NCBI GenBank assembly: GCA_964234715.1
Contig: OZ174278.1
Reading direction: 5' to 3' (one strand)
Length of the DNA stretch: 64,000 nt
DNA from: Podarcis melisellensis
Lineage: Eukaryota
How positions within the stretch are numbered: the first letter of the stretch is position 1; every line of letters starts with the position of its first letter. A model generated the notes under the pieces. That model made no database searches and was not told where the DNA came from. It saw only the letters and a program-made list of their open reading frames with translations. Below, piece by piece: positions 28,366 to 43,144 of this stretch. Both the position numbers and the translations under genes were made by a program.

Positions 28366-28554
28366 CATTGGTTCATCTGTGTTTTTCTGGAACTGAACCA
28401 ATCGCACTCTTGTTACATTCTCCATGTCCATGTCTCCATTGGCGCTCTCTGGAGAATCTCCATTTAAATATGGAGATGTGGGAGGTGGTGTAACTCGTAA
28501 TGCTTCATCACTGTAAACTTCATGTGCCACAACATCATGAGTTTGAAGCAAGGC
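28366..28554 (-). CDS. CASK: CASK exon 15 ([14 protein letters not shown]...[11 protein letters not shown])
   Basis: 189 nt, CAG/GTAAAT. Confidence 0.97.
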
Positions 28555-28698
28555 CTGTAAGAAAATAACAGTTAGGATGTTCCACAATTTCTTGTGCTTA
28601 CTCTACATGTATGAGGATTGAACATATTCTACATACATAATGATGGTGTCTTAGAATCATACTGTATCTTTTTTTGTCAGATTTCAAAACCCAAGCAA

Positions 28699-28939
28699 CA
28701 GTGGTACCTTGGTTTACGAACTTAATCCGTTCCAGAAGTCCGTTCTTAAACCAAACCGTTCTTAAACCAGGGCATGCTTTCCCATAGCAGCGGGGGACTC
28801 AATTTACACTCAACAGGAAGTGGAACATGCTCCGCTTCCAAGGCAAAGTTCACAAACTAAGACACCTACTTCTGGGTTTGCAGCGTTCTTAATCCAAGTT
28901 GTTCATAAACTAAGCTGTTCTTAAACCAAGGTACCACTG
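28699..28939. mobile_element. Tc1/mariner (Tigger-like) MITE
   Basis: CAGTGGTACCTTGGTTTA / TAAACCAAGGTACCACTG|TA. Confidence 0.85.
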
Positions 28940-29895
28940 TATTTACATTATTGTGTGATGTGTGCGTACTTCATTGACACACATGCACACCTCTTAACTT
29001 TCCTTTAAAAAAAATTGTGGTTTATTGGAAACAAGAGTATTGTACTCTATGGGAATGGTGAGATAATGTTTGCTCCTAATAGCACCCTTAATTCAGTGAA
29101 AACAAAAACTAAAGAGTGGGTAGATTGATGTTTTTGAGGGAACTGCAATTATTTTAATTAAAAGAGGAGTTCCAAGCGATAGCAGCAATACTCATCCACG
29201 TGAAGAAAGTATGGCCAATGGCCTCCTTTCCCAGGTCCTTTTTTTTTGGGGGGGGGAGTGGGTAGATTTTGTCACATTGCCCACTGCAGACCTAGCTAGC
29301 TTATTCCCGAACATAATAAATTAGCTCCACATTTCCTGTCTTGACTTGGCCATGCCACAGTCCAGCTATGGCTGATCACAGTGTCAAGGCTTTGAGTTAC
29401 AGGGTTCCTCTTAGCCTATAGATGGCTAAGATAGATATCAGACAGGCAGGACAGAAATAAGTTAAATAAATACATTTAAATAATAATATGTTGCTAATTA
29501 GTTATCACAAATTTTATACTATGATAGTTGATTCATCTCAACAGATTTGCTTTTAAAATTATTTTACCTTAGTTAACTAACATCTCAATCCTATACATGT
29601 TTCTGCTCATAAGTACCACTGAATTCAGTGGTATTCCCAATGCAGAATTGCAGCCTTAGATAAAATAATTGTTTCTAGACTTTTCTGTTGTCACTATAAC
29701 TAGAAGATGACAAATGCCATAGGCAAGCATGATTACTGTCAACTAAACTGTTAGTAGTGTTAAACCAAATGGTTGATTGAGCATACATCTGTGCGCTTAG
29801 CTAGATTTTTGTTTTAATGCTCACAGGAATTTCCCCCTGATGCAGAGGTTTCAACGACAAATGTTAAGAATGGCCGCTGCAACATTTTACTGTTA

Positions 29896-30045
<150 letters not shown>

Positions 30046-30644
30046 TCAGCAGACATGCTAATTAAATGAATTGAACTTTTAAACAAATTAATTCCCGTCC
30101 CCCGATCAGCCGTAACCCCATCATATGAATGTTAACTCTATAGAAGGTCTAAAAGAAATGAATTACTTAATTAAAATATCTTACTTTTCTTTTGACAGAT
30201 GAAATAATGAGTGTTCAATGAAACCTCTCAATTCAAATTAAACAAATTTAAATTATTTAATTCCAAAGCAAAAATGCTAATTATGAATAGCATTGTATTT
30301 ATTTGTTACATTTATCTCCCACTCATTCCCTCCAAGGAACCTGGATGAGTCTACATGAGATTCATAAATAGTCTCAGATCTGCATAACTAACTAGCTATG
30401 TGTACCCCACACTTTAGCAGAAAAAGCTCCTTAAGAAGGCCCACAGTGTCCTGGGACAAATGCTAATATGCCAGTGTCAGGACACACAGATTTGTGCAGA
30501 AGTGGTAGGAAGAGCAATGTGTTTGCTTTACCCATGAAGGGACTTTCCTAATTGGGAGAGGGCTTCACTCTGTAAGTGGATTTTGATGATTGTTGGGTGT
30601 GGATGTATCACTCAGCATGGTATATCCATCATTGGTATGTGTGT

Positions 30645-30650
<6 letters not shown>

Positions 30651-30700
<50 letters not shown>
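30651..30700. repeat. (GA)n microsatellite
   Basis: Read directly. Confidence 0.95.
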
Positions 30701-30703
<3 letters not shown>

Positions 30704-31044
30704 CAATAGAAAAGTGGGAGCAGGTGTGTGAGACACATAAAAGAAGAATAGGTAGATAGGTTGGTTGGTGGAAGAGGTGGGGGTATGTGAGTGAGAGATA
30801 GAAAGGAGAGGGAAAGTATTTAGATAGTTGTGCATTGTGTCTGTAAGAGTGAGAGAAAATGGGGCCAGGTAGATCAGTGCAGTCTAGGTGTATGTGTGAA
30901 AAAGGGGAGAGCTAGATAGGTTGGTGTGCATGTGTGAGAAAGAGAAAAAAATCAGAATAGGTAGATCTGTGTGGTCTACGTCTGTATGAGAGTAAAAGAA
31001 AGAGGGAGATGTATGTTGGCTGGTTAGTTTGTGTGGGGTGTGTG

Positions 31045-31047
<3 letters not shown>

Positions 31048-31081
<34 letters not shown>
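31048..31081. repeat. (GA)n microsatellite
   Basis: Read directly. Confidence 0.95.
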
Positions 31082-31085
<4 letters not shown>

Positions 31086-31351
31086 AGAAAATAAAGGAAG
31101 AGGAGGAGAGGTTCACAGGTATGTGCTCCTTGTTGTTACTAGATAGCAACATCATTCTGTAGGGGGGAAACCAATTGTGTTATTGCCACAGTTGGGATCA
31201 GCAGGATACCACTGACTTCTTCAAGTTCCATTAGGATAATCATACTACGTATATTTGAAGACTCTAACACCACTGTAGTTACTCATGCAAGCTGAACATT
31301 GTGCATGGAGCATGTTACAGCACCATGGGTAACAATTTGACAGTTATTTCA

Positions 31352-31489
<138 letters not shown>

Positions 31490-31719
31490 CTAAAAGGAAA
31501 AACACAAACATCATAACTACATAGTCTACCTTTTGCTAAAACATCTCAAAAAATTCTTTCCAAAACAAACATAACCACACAACACACAAAAATGGTTATA
31601 TCTTGTGGCTATGCTAAAGAATAGGAATGGCCACAAACCTTTTTTGATGGCCAACGTTCCCCAACACTATTTACTGGACACAGTAGTGCTGCATAAAGTG
31701 CCTTTCCTCTGCTGGCTGC

Positions 31720-31878
31720 CACTGAGAGCAGATATGAAAGCCCCGAAACAGTAAGTGGTGCTCTGATCTGCTATGAAGTTTCCCAAGTGCTGGGGATAAC
31801 CCAACATGCAAAAAAACACAGGTTCACACCTCCCTGTTTCCAGAGTGCTCTGACCTGCTCTCAATGGTAGTGGCTAGA
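31720..31878 (-). repeat. Unclassified ~155-bp repeat, copy A
   Basis: Reverse-complement similarity to 37740-37891. Confidence 0.85.
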
Positions 31879-33134
31879 GCTGTCTCCCATCACTCCTGAC
31901 TACTGGTCCTGCTAGCTAGACTGCAAGCCAAAATACACTTATGAAACAGTTACATTGCACTGAACTCTGAGATTTGTTTCCAAATAAATATTAAAACTCA
32001 AGATTTATTTTTTACAAGAACAGAAATCATTGCACAAATATCCCTTACCTTAAAAACCGTGTATGAAATAAAAAGTAACACTAACTTCATAAATTGATTA
32101 TTCATATATTTCCAACTATAGCTATAGAGCTCAGGACAGACAAAGGTGGCAGCACAAACTAGCCTCGGATATACAAAACCCGATACTACTAAGCAGAAAT
32201 TTAACTTGCAAATTGAATGTCATCTCTATTCAGAATCACCCATGTAAGTTGTCCCCGGTAGATGACTAAACTGCTTGATTCCATAAGATAAATTTAATTT
32301 GTGCCCACCAAGGTAGGCAGCAGTGAACTATTAGTGAATTGAGGATTTTGTTGCTGTCATTCCCCCCCTCCCCCGCAGCAGTTGGGCTGTGGGAAATTGG
32401 GCAGAATATCACTTTCATAAGAAAAGTAAAATGGAAATTCCTTGTGCGGGGGTTACAAGTTTCATGAATCAAAACTAATCAATTTGTGCTATATTTTCAT
32501 GACCACCTGTAAGGTACGTATATAAATTAAGAAGATAAAAGTACTGGTGCTCCACAGAGTACTTGCATTAAAGTCCTACTGAAGGCAATGCAATTTTCAC
32601 AGTTTGCTTTTCAGAAGGAGCAGTGTTGTACAGATTTACATGGCAGTAATTCTAAAACAGGAACCATAATTGTGATTCATCATTTGACAACTTCCAGACT
32701 AGATTATTGTTATAGACATTTTATGGAGTTTTCTATGAAATTTGTTTGAAAACTATAATTGATCATGAATCCAGTGGCCATGTTTTTAGCTGCATTCAGT
32801 GACAGGTGCCACTGAGCCCAATCCCTGGTAATGCCTTTCTCTCTGGAAGAGCCTACTTCCTAGACAGAGAAGGGAATCCTCGGTGTCTGAGACACTGGAT
32901 GGAAGCAAGTAGGAAAGAACACCAGCTTTCAAGGAGTGCTACTGGCTTCCAATTAAGGTGTATGCACAATTCAAAGTGCTGGCTGTTATGACCATTTATA
33001 GAACCAGCTAAAATATACCAGGCACTGATCACGATTTTGACATGAAACGTTTTAAGGCAATTTGAGGCTAGGGTACCTTAAGCACTTCCTCCTCCAAGCT
33101 ATTTCAAGATCTATAGCAATTTTAATATTCTCTA

Positions 33135-33395
<261 letters not shown>

Positions 33396-35522
33396 TCAAT
33401 GAAACAAGACATAAAGCTGTAACTTTTGCTGAGGAACTGTTATTTGAACATAATGAACATATTTTCATGTATTTATATTCTATAAATTAAAAAAAATGCA
33501 TTAACACAAAACAATTTTCATATAGCATATAAAATTGGCTTCCTCAATCCAACCATGAGTTTGTCAGCACAAAGCATCTAAAGTTGGTTCCACCGCAATC
33601 CAATTATGCTTAAGTCTGTAACATGATCTGTGTATTGGTTTTAAATCAGAAATGCAAGAGCAGCCAACATTTTTCACTGGTTGAGTTCATACATCATGTG
33701 TAATCCACGGTGTAGCATGGTATGTCCGAGTTGAAAGGCATCCAAGCTCCCCTCCCCTCTTCCTTTGAGGCCAGAAGGACAACTTGGGCAGTGTTCTGTT
33801 TCAGTTTCCCCTAATCTCATCTTGCCATTGTCTGTGACTGTGGTTTGTAACAGTCTATGGGCAGTTTAACAATCAGCTTCAGAAAGCACAGTTTGAAATT
33901 GGCTTGTTCTGAAACTGAACAGAATTTGTTGTAAATTATGAACTTTGGTTAAGATGCAAAGATAAGTGCAGTGCTAGCTGGGCCGATGCTAGCTGTAGCC
34001 CCACATGTCTGGAATGTACTAACTAGGTGAGCAAAGGCAAAAATAAAAGTAAAATTGGCTCTTCTGGCACAGCGACCCACTCCCATCCCCCAATCTAAAA
34101 TGTTAAATCCCACCACCACCAAATGGTTTGTGAAAAGCAGTTTGTGAAAGGAATGGTGGACAAGCACATAAGAGGAAAAAGGTCAATTTTGCATAGCAGA
34201 AACTGAGGTATGGTGCTCAAGACCTAAAATAGGTCTTTAAATCCTAGCTACTACCTTTTGCTGACCGAAGCTGTCTTGTTTCCATATTACATGAAATACT
34301 ATGTTTCTCAAACAACATTTCATTCACAAATATCATACCATAAGTACTCCAACATGCTACAATGATTTGTCTTTAGTAAATATTTGATGTGGGCGGGAAA
34401 GTTAATGTATTTCCATATGCATAAACATGGAAATATTTACCTCATACCCCTAGCTTACTGATTTTGTGCAATCTTTAATAATGGTAAGGAAATGCCACTT
34501 CTTAAAAATGAACAAAATTTAAAGGAAACTGATATACATTTTATAGTTAATTACCCCGTTTTAATACCTGAGCTACTTTTTTTAGTCAGATACTAGACCA
34601 CAGTTGTCAGTGCCATATACTTGAACAGTGGAATGCATATGTTAGAGCAACCAAATAGAACTTTCCAGAAGAGTAGCAATTTTAATTCTGATATCCCATT
34701 CTAGGACCCTGAGTTAGAAACTGTGATATCCAGGATACCAAATTCTGCAGCAGATATCAGATTCCATTGTTGCATGGCAAACCTGCAGACGTGCAGAATG
34801 CATACAGCTGGTGACAAAATAAAAATAAAAATTCCCATTGTGGTAATAGTATTGCCTAAACAGATCTGACACTTTAGGGCACTTTACTTAGAGGAGATCC
34901 TGAGATTTAGAACAGGGTATTATCTTCTTAAGTGTCGTGAAACTTGTACTAATATTTAAAATAAAGAGGATTCTACACAGAAAGCAAAGGCATGTTCATT
35001 CACAAGTCAATCAAAAGCAAATGAGGGGAAACTTGTCCATCTCTAGCTGTTGCCTGTCTGAACAGACAAAATACAGAGTTATAGTCTGACTCACCATAAG
35101 GCAGCTTCAATATGTTTCCCTATTCTAACCACAGTTTGAAGGTCAGGCTGTGTGGTGGGTTCATGTTCTCCCAACTCCAGCTTTGCATGCAGCTTCTCCA
35201 TTCTGCTCCATGGGCTGTGATAACCAGCAATTGGTGAGGCATCTGAATCAGGCAAAACTATGGTTAGCACTAACCAGGAGCTGTCTCCAAACTATGATTT
35301 GAGGCCATAATTTGGAAGCAACACTAGTTGATGCTATACATAGTTTGCACACTTTTGGAAAACTACAATTATTGCAAAAAATGAAAAGGGGGGGGGATTG
35401 AATGCAAGAGTGGAGAAGAGAGAACATGTGTATTATAAGTTACTCAATATATTGATTTTCAGTAACTTAAAATTACAGGAGGGGAGAGGGTGAGGCACAG
35501 AGACCTCCCATTTCCCTTAAGG

Positions 35523-35658
35523 CAGGCACAGGCAAATTTGGCTCTCCAGATGTTTTGGAACTACAACTCCCATCATCCTTAGCAAACAGGACCAGTGGTC
35601 AGGGATGATGGGAGTTGTAGTCTCAAAACATCTGGAGGAATGAGTTTGCCCATGCCTA
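35523..35658. mobile_element. 136-bp palindromic hAT MITE
   Basis: Same core; 8-bp TSD CCTTAAGG. Confidence 0.87.
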
Positions 35659-36009
35659 CCTTAAGGCCTTCGTGCGCTTCTTCGTGCTTTGAACTGAGGA
35701 AGAGAAACAGGGCTGCATTGATTAGTTGAGGAAACCTGCCATATGCAGGTTTCGCACCCTTGCTTGGAGAAGAATTGTGTTCTTACTCTTAATACTATAT
35801 CAAGAACAGCTTTCAAAAAAAAATCCAGAAGAAACATTTTTATTATACTTAACTACCAAATAGTGTATACAATTACAGCATGGTTTTATGTTTCTTTTAA
35901 GCACAGGCAATATAAAACTGGGATAAAGGAGAAAATAGCAGATTTAAACATGCAAGCCAAACACAGCAGCAGAATGCAAAGCTTTAGAGGAAAACAAAGG
36001 GATACCTAC

Positions 36010-36027
36010 TTTCTGCAGCTAGAAGTC
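36010..36027 (-). CDS. CASK: CASK exon 11, 18-nt alternative microexon (GLLAAE)
   Basis: TAG|GACTTCTAGCTGCAGAAA|GTAGGT, phase 1-1; matches the known GLLAAE insert. Confidence 0.93.
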
Positions 36028-37602
36028 CTAGCAGGAAAGGCAGCATTTGGACAAACAACAAATAGCATGAAGATTTCAAAATAAGCAATTATAAAAGCTG
36101 CAACCTGGCACACTAGCTTAGCCACACAAAAAAGATGAACACACAAACACCTTTTATTTATTATAGATTATATTTTAATATGTTGGTTAAAATAAGCAAT
36201 ACAAAGTGGGGAAGCAGACCCTGTCATACATTTTCCCTATTCTAAACACCTGACTTTCTGGCAGTTGTATAATTTTTGAAATTAAAACAAGTACAATATT
36301 TTTGCTATCAGTTATGCCATACAGGAGTAAGGAAGAACAAGTATACATGATATATATGCAAAATCTGTGTGCATAATTATATAGCATCATAGCTTTTCAC
36401 ATCTTTAGTAAATTTAATTTACCAGGCAGTTTGATCATAATTTCAAAACATTAACCTGTGATTCAATTGTGAGAAACTTTGGACTTTCTTGTAGCTGGAT
36501 TAGCTAGGAAAATTATTGTAAAAATGATCTTAAAACTGCTCAGACAGGAAAACAAATACATATATGTAAACATTATGGTGAGTAGATGTATTCAACATCA
36601 GGCAGAAGAAGAAAACAAGTGTGATGCAAAGAACAGGTTGTTTACCTATAATGCCAGTTCTCTGAGTAGTCATCTGTGCAGATACACATATGGATTTTGC
36701 ACAGAGTCTCATTTGGGAACATTCTCAACCTAAGCTAGAATTTGGCAGGCACTCCATCCTCAATGCACCCACCCTCCCACTCAGTTCAAATTTTCAATGG
36801 TCACAACGCATATATAAATTAGCCATGTAGAAAAATAGTAATGCCTGCAGAAGGGAACAGGCTGCGTGCCTGCACAGATGACCATTCAAAGAACAACAGG
36901 TACAAGTCTCTATGCAGTCACACATATTGGTAGAGTAGCAAGCTTACTGGAGGTGGGACAAGGGCTAAGAAAGCAAAAAGCTGAGTAAGGTGTCCGTCCA
37001 GGATCTCACATCCAGCTAGAAGTGATGAACAAGGGCTGCAATGTTGCAGGGGGCCAAATATTTAGTAGTGCAACTCCCTGAAAGAACCCAGTGGAAGCTA
37101 CAATAGCCCATGGGAATAAAGCTGGACCTGTTTCAGAGCAACAAGCTTTGCCAGTCCATAGAGGTGAAGATGGACACTCAGTGAATGAAATGTTGAATTG
37201 AGACTAGTTCACTCAGTTTTGCATACCCACAGCAAATTGACGGTGGCAGATTCTCCCGATGATCTGGTCCTGGACAACTAAAAGGACAAAGCCTAGCAAA
37301 CATCTAAGCTATGCACTGCTTTGTCCTATTCTAGTCCCAGGTTTGGGAAAAATTCTAGAAGAACTATAGGCTCATTAAGATGAAATGGACTTTGGGTAAA
37401 CCTGAGATGTCAGATTTCAGCATGACTCCGTCTCTGTGCAGTGCCTAATATGGCACAAGAAGTCTCAAAGAAAGGCCCACATCTCTTGGTCAGGATGAAT
37501 CCTACTAAGAATACCACCTTTGAAGTGATAGGTTCAAACAGCAACTGCATGAGCTGCACAAGCACCACTGTGAAGCTCCGCTATTGTGTTGAGGTAGCTG
37601 TT

Positions 37603-37738
37603 AAGTGTTTCTCAAACTTGGGTCGCCATTTACTGTTGGACTACAATTCCCATCATCCCTAGCTAGCAAGACCAGTGGTCAGGGATGATGAGAGCTGTAG
37701 TCCAACAACAGCTGGGGACCCAAGTTTGAGAAACACTT
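37603..37738. mobile_element. Palindromic hAT MITE
   Basis: AAGTGTTTCTCAAACTTGGGTC / GACCCAAGTTTGAGAAACACTT termini; same core. Confidence 0.82.
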
Positions 37739-37739
37739 T

Positions 37740-37891
37740 TCTAGCCACTACTACTGAGAGCTGGTCACTCCGGGAACAGGAAGGTGTGCACCCATTTTCC
37801 TGCATGTTGGGCTATGCCCAGCACTTGGGAAACTTCATAGCAGATCAGAGTACTACTTACTGTTTCAGGGCACTCATATCTGCTCTCAGTG
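37740..37891 (+). repeat. Unclassified ~155-bp repeat, copy B
   Basis: Shares CCCAGCACTTGGGAAACTTCATAGCAGATCAGAG and flanks with copy A. Confidence 0.85.
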
Positions 37892-39589
37892 TCTGTGAAG
37901 TAGTAGTAATAGTACATAGGTCCCCATGAGAAACAGCTACATCTCCCTTGTGGAGGAGTGTTGATAACTCCTTACAGGGGCAGAAGATGCCAGAACACAC
38001 AGCAGTGGGCCCAGACACTTATCTTCCCCATCAGTATATCCTACTCCTTCCTTCACATTCACATGGCACACTGTTTACCTGTCACCCGCATCTTTTCTTT
38101 CGTTCTCATTATTTCCTTTCTCTCAAATTTTGCATACTACAGCCTTGCTCTAGCCTTGCTGTCTAACAAATTCCTGCTGAAACACATGTCAACATACTGT
38201 GCATGCAGGGAACTGCTGCTGGCATTAGCCTAGTCAAAAGTTTATACTGCACCTGGGCTTCAGGGCTGAGGCTCACCAGGGATCCCTGGGCTACAGATTG
38301 AAAAATGCTGGCATAAAGTTTTGTGAAATTGACTCTACTTTAAAAAATGTATAGTCTAATTCCAAGTTGGGAGACACTTTTTGGGGTAGCATGGATGGAG
38401 AGGAGTGAGGTCACAGGGAACCAGATTGCACAAAGAGCAGTAATAATTACATGAAAATTAATGTTACAGTGACAATCACAGCTGATCAAATTGAATTTCC
38501 TGACAACATGCAGTCCAGCAGTTTCAAGATGGAGTTAACACCAAAGTTTCTTTGTTTGAGGATGACTGTCTTAAGTGTCTTGGTATGTCAAAATATTCTC
38601 TAGTGTTACAAGTTCTGATGCCAAATTTGTCTCCACTTTTTGTGTTTGACCTGTTCATCCTGCATAGAATACAGAAAGACATTGCTGGCAGATGACTCTG
38701 CAACGTTTTGGCTGACATTATTAGATCCTGTAGATACAAGGTCAAAATTGGCATCTAGATTTGTTGTAATAATGTCAACCACAATGCCACAGTTTCATTT
38801 ATCTGCTTCTTTTCATTCAGGCTACAACACTACTGAATAATGTTACATATATGCACATACATATTTTAGCTCATTAAGAAAGTGTTGTGCTTTAAAGCAG
38901 GAGTGGAAAACTGGATCCAGTCAGAGGGTCTGACTGAAGCCTGGTAAACCTAATTAGACCTGTGGACTTGGGGCTCCCCTTTGCTGCTTCAAAGATTGCA
39001 TACTGCATCATTTTAGGCATAAAGTATACAAGTAAACATTAACATTTGCCTGTTAAGGAAATGGTCCCAGAAAGTTAATTCTCTCTGCCATCTAGTGGCA
39101 AATCAAAGCACTTAAACCTTCAGTGACAAACTCAGTTCGTCATATCCAAAAATAAAACTCAAACTCCTGAGTGATGAGACTTCTGTTAAGACAATCATAT
39201 GTTTTTTTTTAAAAAAAAGAATAGTGAGATTGCCTAGACCATTTCTTTCTGTAACCAACCCCCCCCCATTTTCCTTTCAAGACAGTTTTATTTTTCTTAT
39301 GCTGGTTTAAATAACTCTGTTCTTTTTTTTGTTCAAGCTCAGATGTTGGTTTGGTTATGTGATCTGGTCTACCTGAATAGTCTAGCCAGTTTGCTCACAC
39401 TCTATGGGCTTTAAGGGAGATGTACTTTTGTAAAGGGAAGGGTATTTAGTTGTTTTCTGATTTTTTTATTTTAATTGTTCATTGTAATGTGTGTGTTATA
39501 TTTTTGTAACCTGCCCTGGGATAATTTGAAGAAGCGTGGTCTATAATTATCGGGGTGGGGGGTGCGGGGGTGGGATACATCGCAGAACT

Positions 39590-39955
39590 GGACTCTGGCT
39601 ATCTGTAAGCAAAGTGCTGGTTTGGATCTATACACTCTTAAAAGGTTCAGGACCGCAATACCTCAAGGACTGCCTCTCCCCATATGAACCGACCCAGACC
39701 CTGCAATCATCATCTGAGGCTTTTTTTTGTTTGCCTCCTCCACCAGAGATCTGGAGGGTAGAAACGTGAGAATGGGCCTTTTATGTGGTGGATTTGTGTT
39801 TGTGGAATGCTCTCTCCAAGGAGGCTTGTCAGGTACCTTCATTACATATTTTTAGGAGCCATGCAAAAATGTTTCTCTGTAACCAGGGCTTTAGCTGATT
39901 AAGATTCTGTAGCCTTTTAGAAGTGCTGGTAATCTTCAGATAAAGGGTGGTATAC

Positions 39956-39995
<40 letters not shown>

Positions 39996-39999
39996 TAAA
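39590..39999 (+). mobile_element. L2-like 3' fragment with (TAAG)n tail
   Basis: KVLVWIYTLLKGSGPQYLKDCLSPYEP and TGTGGAATGCTCTC motifs. Confidence 0.7.
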
Positions 40000-42299
40000 T
40001 GTCCATAATAAATAATCTAAAATTACTTCACAGTGTGTCCTACCTCAGGATTACTGTGACTGTTTCTCTTTTTGTTACATTATTTATCTTGAGTATTGCT
40101 TCCTTACTACCTTATCAAACTGACACCTTTTAAAACCAAAATATAATTTTCCTCTGGCATTCTGTTAATCTAACAACAAGCAGAATGACATCCTAAACAT
40201 TTGATGAAGTGCTTAGGCAGGATTGTAATTATAGAATTTTAAAATAATTTTGGTAATTTAGTGTATCAAGCACTAAACACCAAACATGTCTGAGATTATT
40301 TTTTATAATTACAAGCAAAGCAATAAATACAGGTAATCTAAAAATACTTCTTTTTAGCTCCTGGTATCCGAAACCACTACACATGCTGATCAGGGCTGCT
40401 GGGATTTGGGAAGACTGCTTTATACCCTACACGAGTGCTTTTTTTCATTTAAAAATGTTTAGGTGTACTCTCATTTTGACTCAAGAAAATCACCACTTTA
40501 TAGTTCAAACTAGGAAAAATAGATACAGTACATGTGCAAATGTACAAAGATTCACAAAATGTTTAGGAGTGTGTGTACCCCTCTATCCCCCCCAGAAGAA
40601 GCACTGCCCTACACACCATAACTCTTCCTTACCGGAACTGTCACATTCCAGAAAATTCAACTGATATTACCTTGGAAAGAAGAATCCCATTTGAAATTTG
40701 CATTCTGAAAGTTTTGCCAGTAAACAACCTGCATTTCTGCTGATTTCCATAATTTTATAAGAATAAGTATGATATTGAAGATATTGAAGAATTAATATTA
40801 TTGCAGAAACCAGCAGCATTTGTACAGTGCTTTTAAGTGTTCAAACCATTGCTAATCCGTACAACATACTTGTAAAGCAGACTATGTTCCCAAAATAAAT
40901 GTTAAAAGACCAAGGCTGAGAATTAGGGTTTAGTGCACATTGCTCGTAGCTCAAGAGATCATGCTTCTTCACCTTCCCCCTCAGATTTAGAATCATACAG
41001 CACTACTTCAGTTAAATTTAAATATAAAAGCTTAACTGAAGATTCTCAAGTTCCTTACTAATAAGCTTGTATCTCATGCCACATTCATTTTTTAAAAATT
41101 GAATTATTTTATTTCAAGTAATAAGGTACAAATTCCTCTGAAGGATTCTCCAGTGAGAACAGTTAAGTTAGTGTCAAAAAACCATTCAAGCCCCTCCTTC
41201 CTGCCTCTGGAAAAACAAAAACAAAATAATACAGTAGGATGGCATTACACATAGCAATATAGCTTAGTAGAGCTATACAGCATCAGCACATTCCTGCAAC
41301 CTAGTGTGAGAAGGAGGCGTCTTCAGTTTCATAACTCTTCCACCTGACATATTCAAGGCACAAGGATGCATGCGGAGACAAAGTAAACTAACTATGAACC
41401 CTTGCTTTAATACATGCTGATATCTTCAAATGAGGAAGAGAAATCATGCTGATGCTGTACAGAAAATAAGAGGAACCATGCAAGTTTTAGAACAGGAAAT
41501 ATGACAGGGCAGTTATGCAAGTGGGCTACTGCTTCTATTAAGATTGAGGAACCAGTAGAAAGAAAGCCTTCCTGAATCTTTAAAAGATGGCTCTTGAAAA
41601 ACATAGTGCATAATGCAAAAATCTTGAAGTGAAAATGTATATTATGCAAAGTTGTGACTGACTTTCGGTGTACTGTAGTACATTTTAGAGATCAGAGATA
41701 ACAGCTAGCGGGAAATATGTCAATGCATTAATAGTGTTTGTGGGTGGGTAATCAGTAAGTGCTCCCTTTTGGTAACAGAACAACTTATCAAGGTATGGCA
41801 AGATAAATATTAATTTAGTTAACTGAATTAATTTTGTTCAAATTATAAATATTATTTGAGAAAAAGAAAATTCATAGAAACTGGGAATCACTTACAATAT
41901 ACTGAATAGGAAAGAATATTCTGAACAATTTGGAGATGCATTTGTTACATCAATCTCAGGATTATTTTTTCATCACCTTAAAGGCTCCTTTACTCTTCCT
42001 AATTGTTTTTGTTATTTGGTTCTGATTGGGTTACTAGGAGGCCTCTATTTTTCCTTGCCACAACTACTCACCTCAAAGAGTGGCTGGGGAAACCCAGCCA
42101 GGTGGGTGGGGTATAAATAATAAATTATTATTATTATTATTAGTCAGCTAGTAGGTGCAAAGGACTTGGGGACAAAGATAGAGATTTGCCTCAATTCTAC
42201 TGAAGTATGATAGAAGTAACAAAGTTAGAGACTTTTGCTGTTTTTAACTTCTTCACATTTCAGTGTAAATAACTGAAAATACCTCTCACCCAAGCCACT

Positions 42300-43100
42300 A
42301 TTCATTAATTGAAGTACTTGCATACCACTTTTTATCCAGAAAAAGATCACAAAGAGGTTTACAAAAAAATCAATAATACAATATAAACAATAAACTTTAA
42401 AATAAATAACTGAAATAAAAACAGTGGGACATCCTACAATATCAAATTATCATAAAACCTACAGAATCAGACAGCATTAAAATGTAAAGATCCATAGATG
42501 AGAACAGATACCGTACTTTTTGCTCTATAAGACTCACTTTTTCCCTCCTAAAAAGTATGGGGAAATGTGTGTGCATCTTGTGGAGCGAATGCAGGCTGCA
42601 CAGCTATCACAGAAGCCAGAACAGCAAGAGGGATTGCTGCTTTCACTGCGCAGCGATCCCTCTTGCTGCTCTGGCTTCTGAGATTCAGAATATTTTTTTA
42701 ACTAGTTTTCCTCCTCCAAAAACTAGGTGCGTCTTGTGGTCTGGTGCATCTTATAGAGCGAAAAATACAGTAATTGTGTCCACCATAAGCCTGAGCAAGT
42801 TTTAAATGGTGACAGAAGCTCATCAAGGATGTAGCTGTCTGTGCTAATAGGGGGAAAGTGTTTCATAATTGGGGTGCCAGCACTGAGAAGACCCTATCCT
42901 ATGTCCCCACACTGTGAATAACATTAACATGAGGGAGAAAAAGCAGGACCACAGGCACTGTTCTCAAAGCCTCAACAGGTTGGTGCTGGAAGAGGAATTC
43001 TCTCAGATACCCAAATCCCAAGTTGTTCAGAGCTTTATACATTATCAAAAGCACTTTTACTTGAGTTAACTGAACTAATAGGTTGCCAGAGCACTTGCTA
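42300..43100 (-). mobile_element. L2-like 3' fragment split by a MITE
   Basis: KVLLIMYKALNNLGFGYLREFL on the minus strand; ends approximate. Confidence 0.65.
42511..42770. mobile_element. Tc1/mariner-superfamily MITE with CCGTA-type TIRs
   Basis: TA|CCGTACTTTTTGCTCTATAAGA / TCTTATAGAGCGAAAAATACAG|TA; internal hairpin. Confidence 0.83.
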
Positions 43101-43144
43101 GAGGACTTGGGACAGAGATAGATTTCTTGCTCCCAATACAAATT

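Noticed and set aside
40671-40734. Possible alternative first exon (ATG...CAAG|GTAATA, phase 1) for a kinase-less CASK
   Set aside because: Only an ATG, a short open frame and a donor; such matches are expected by chance and there is no promoter evidence
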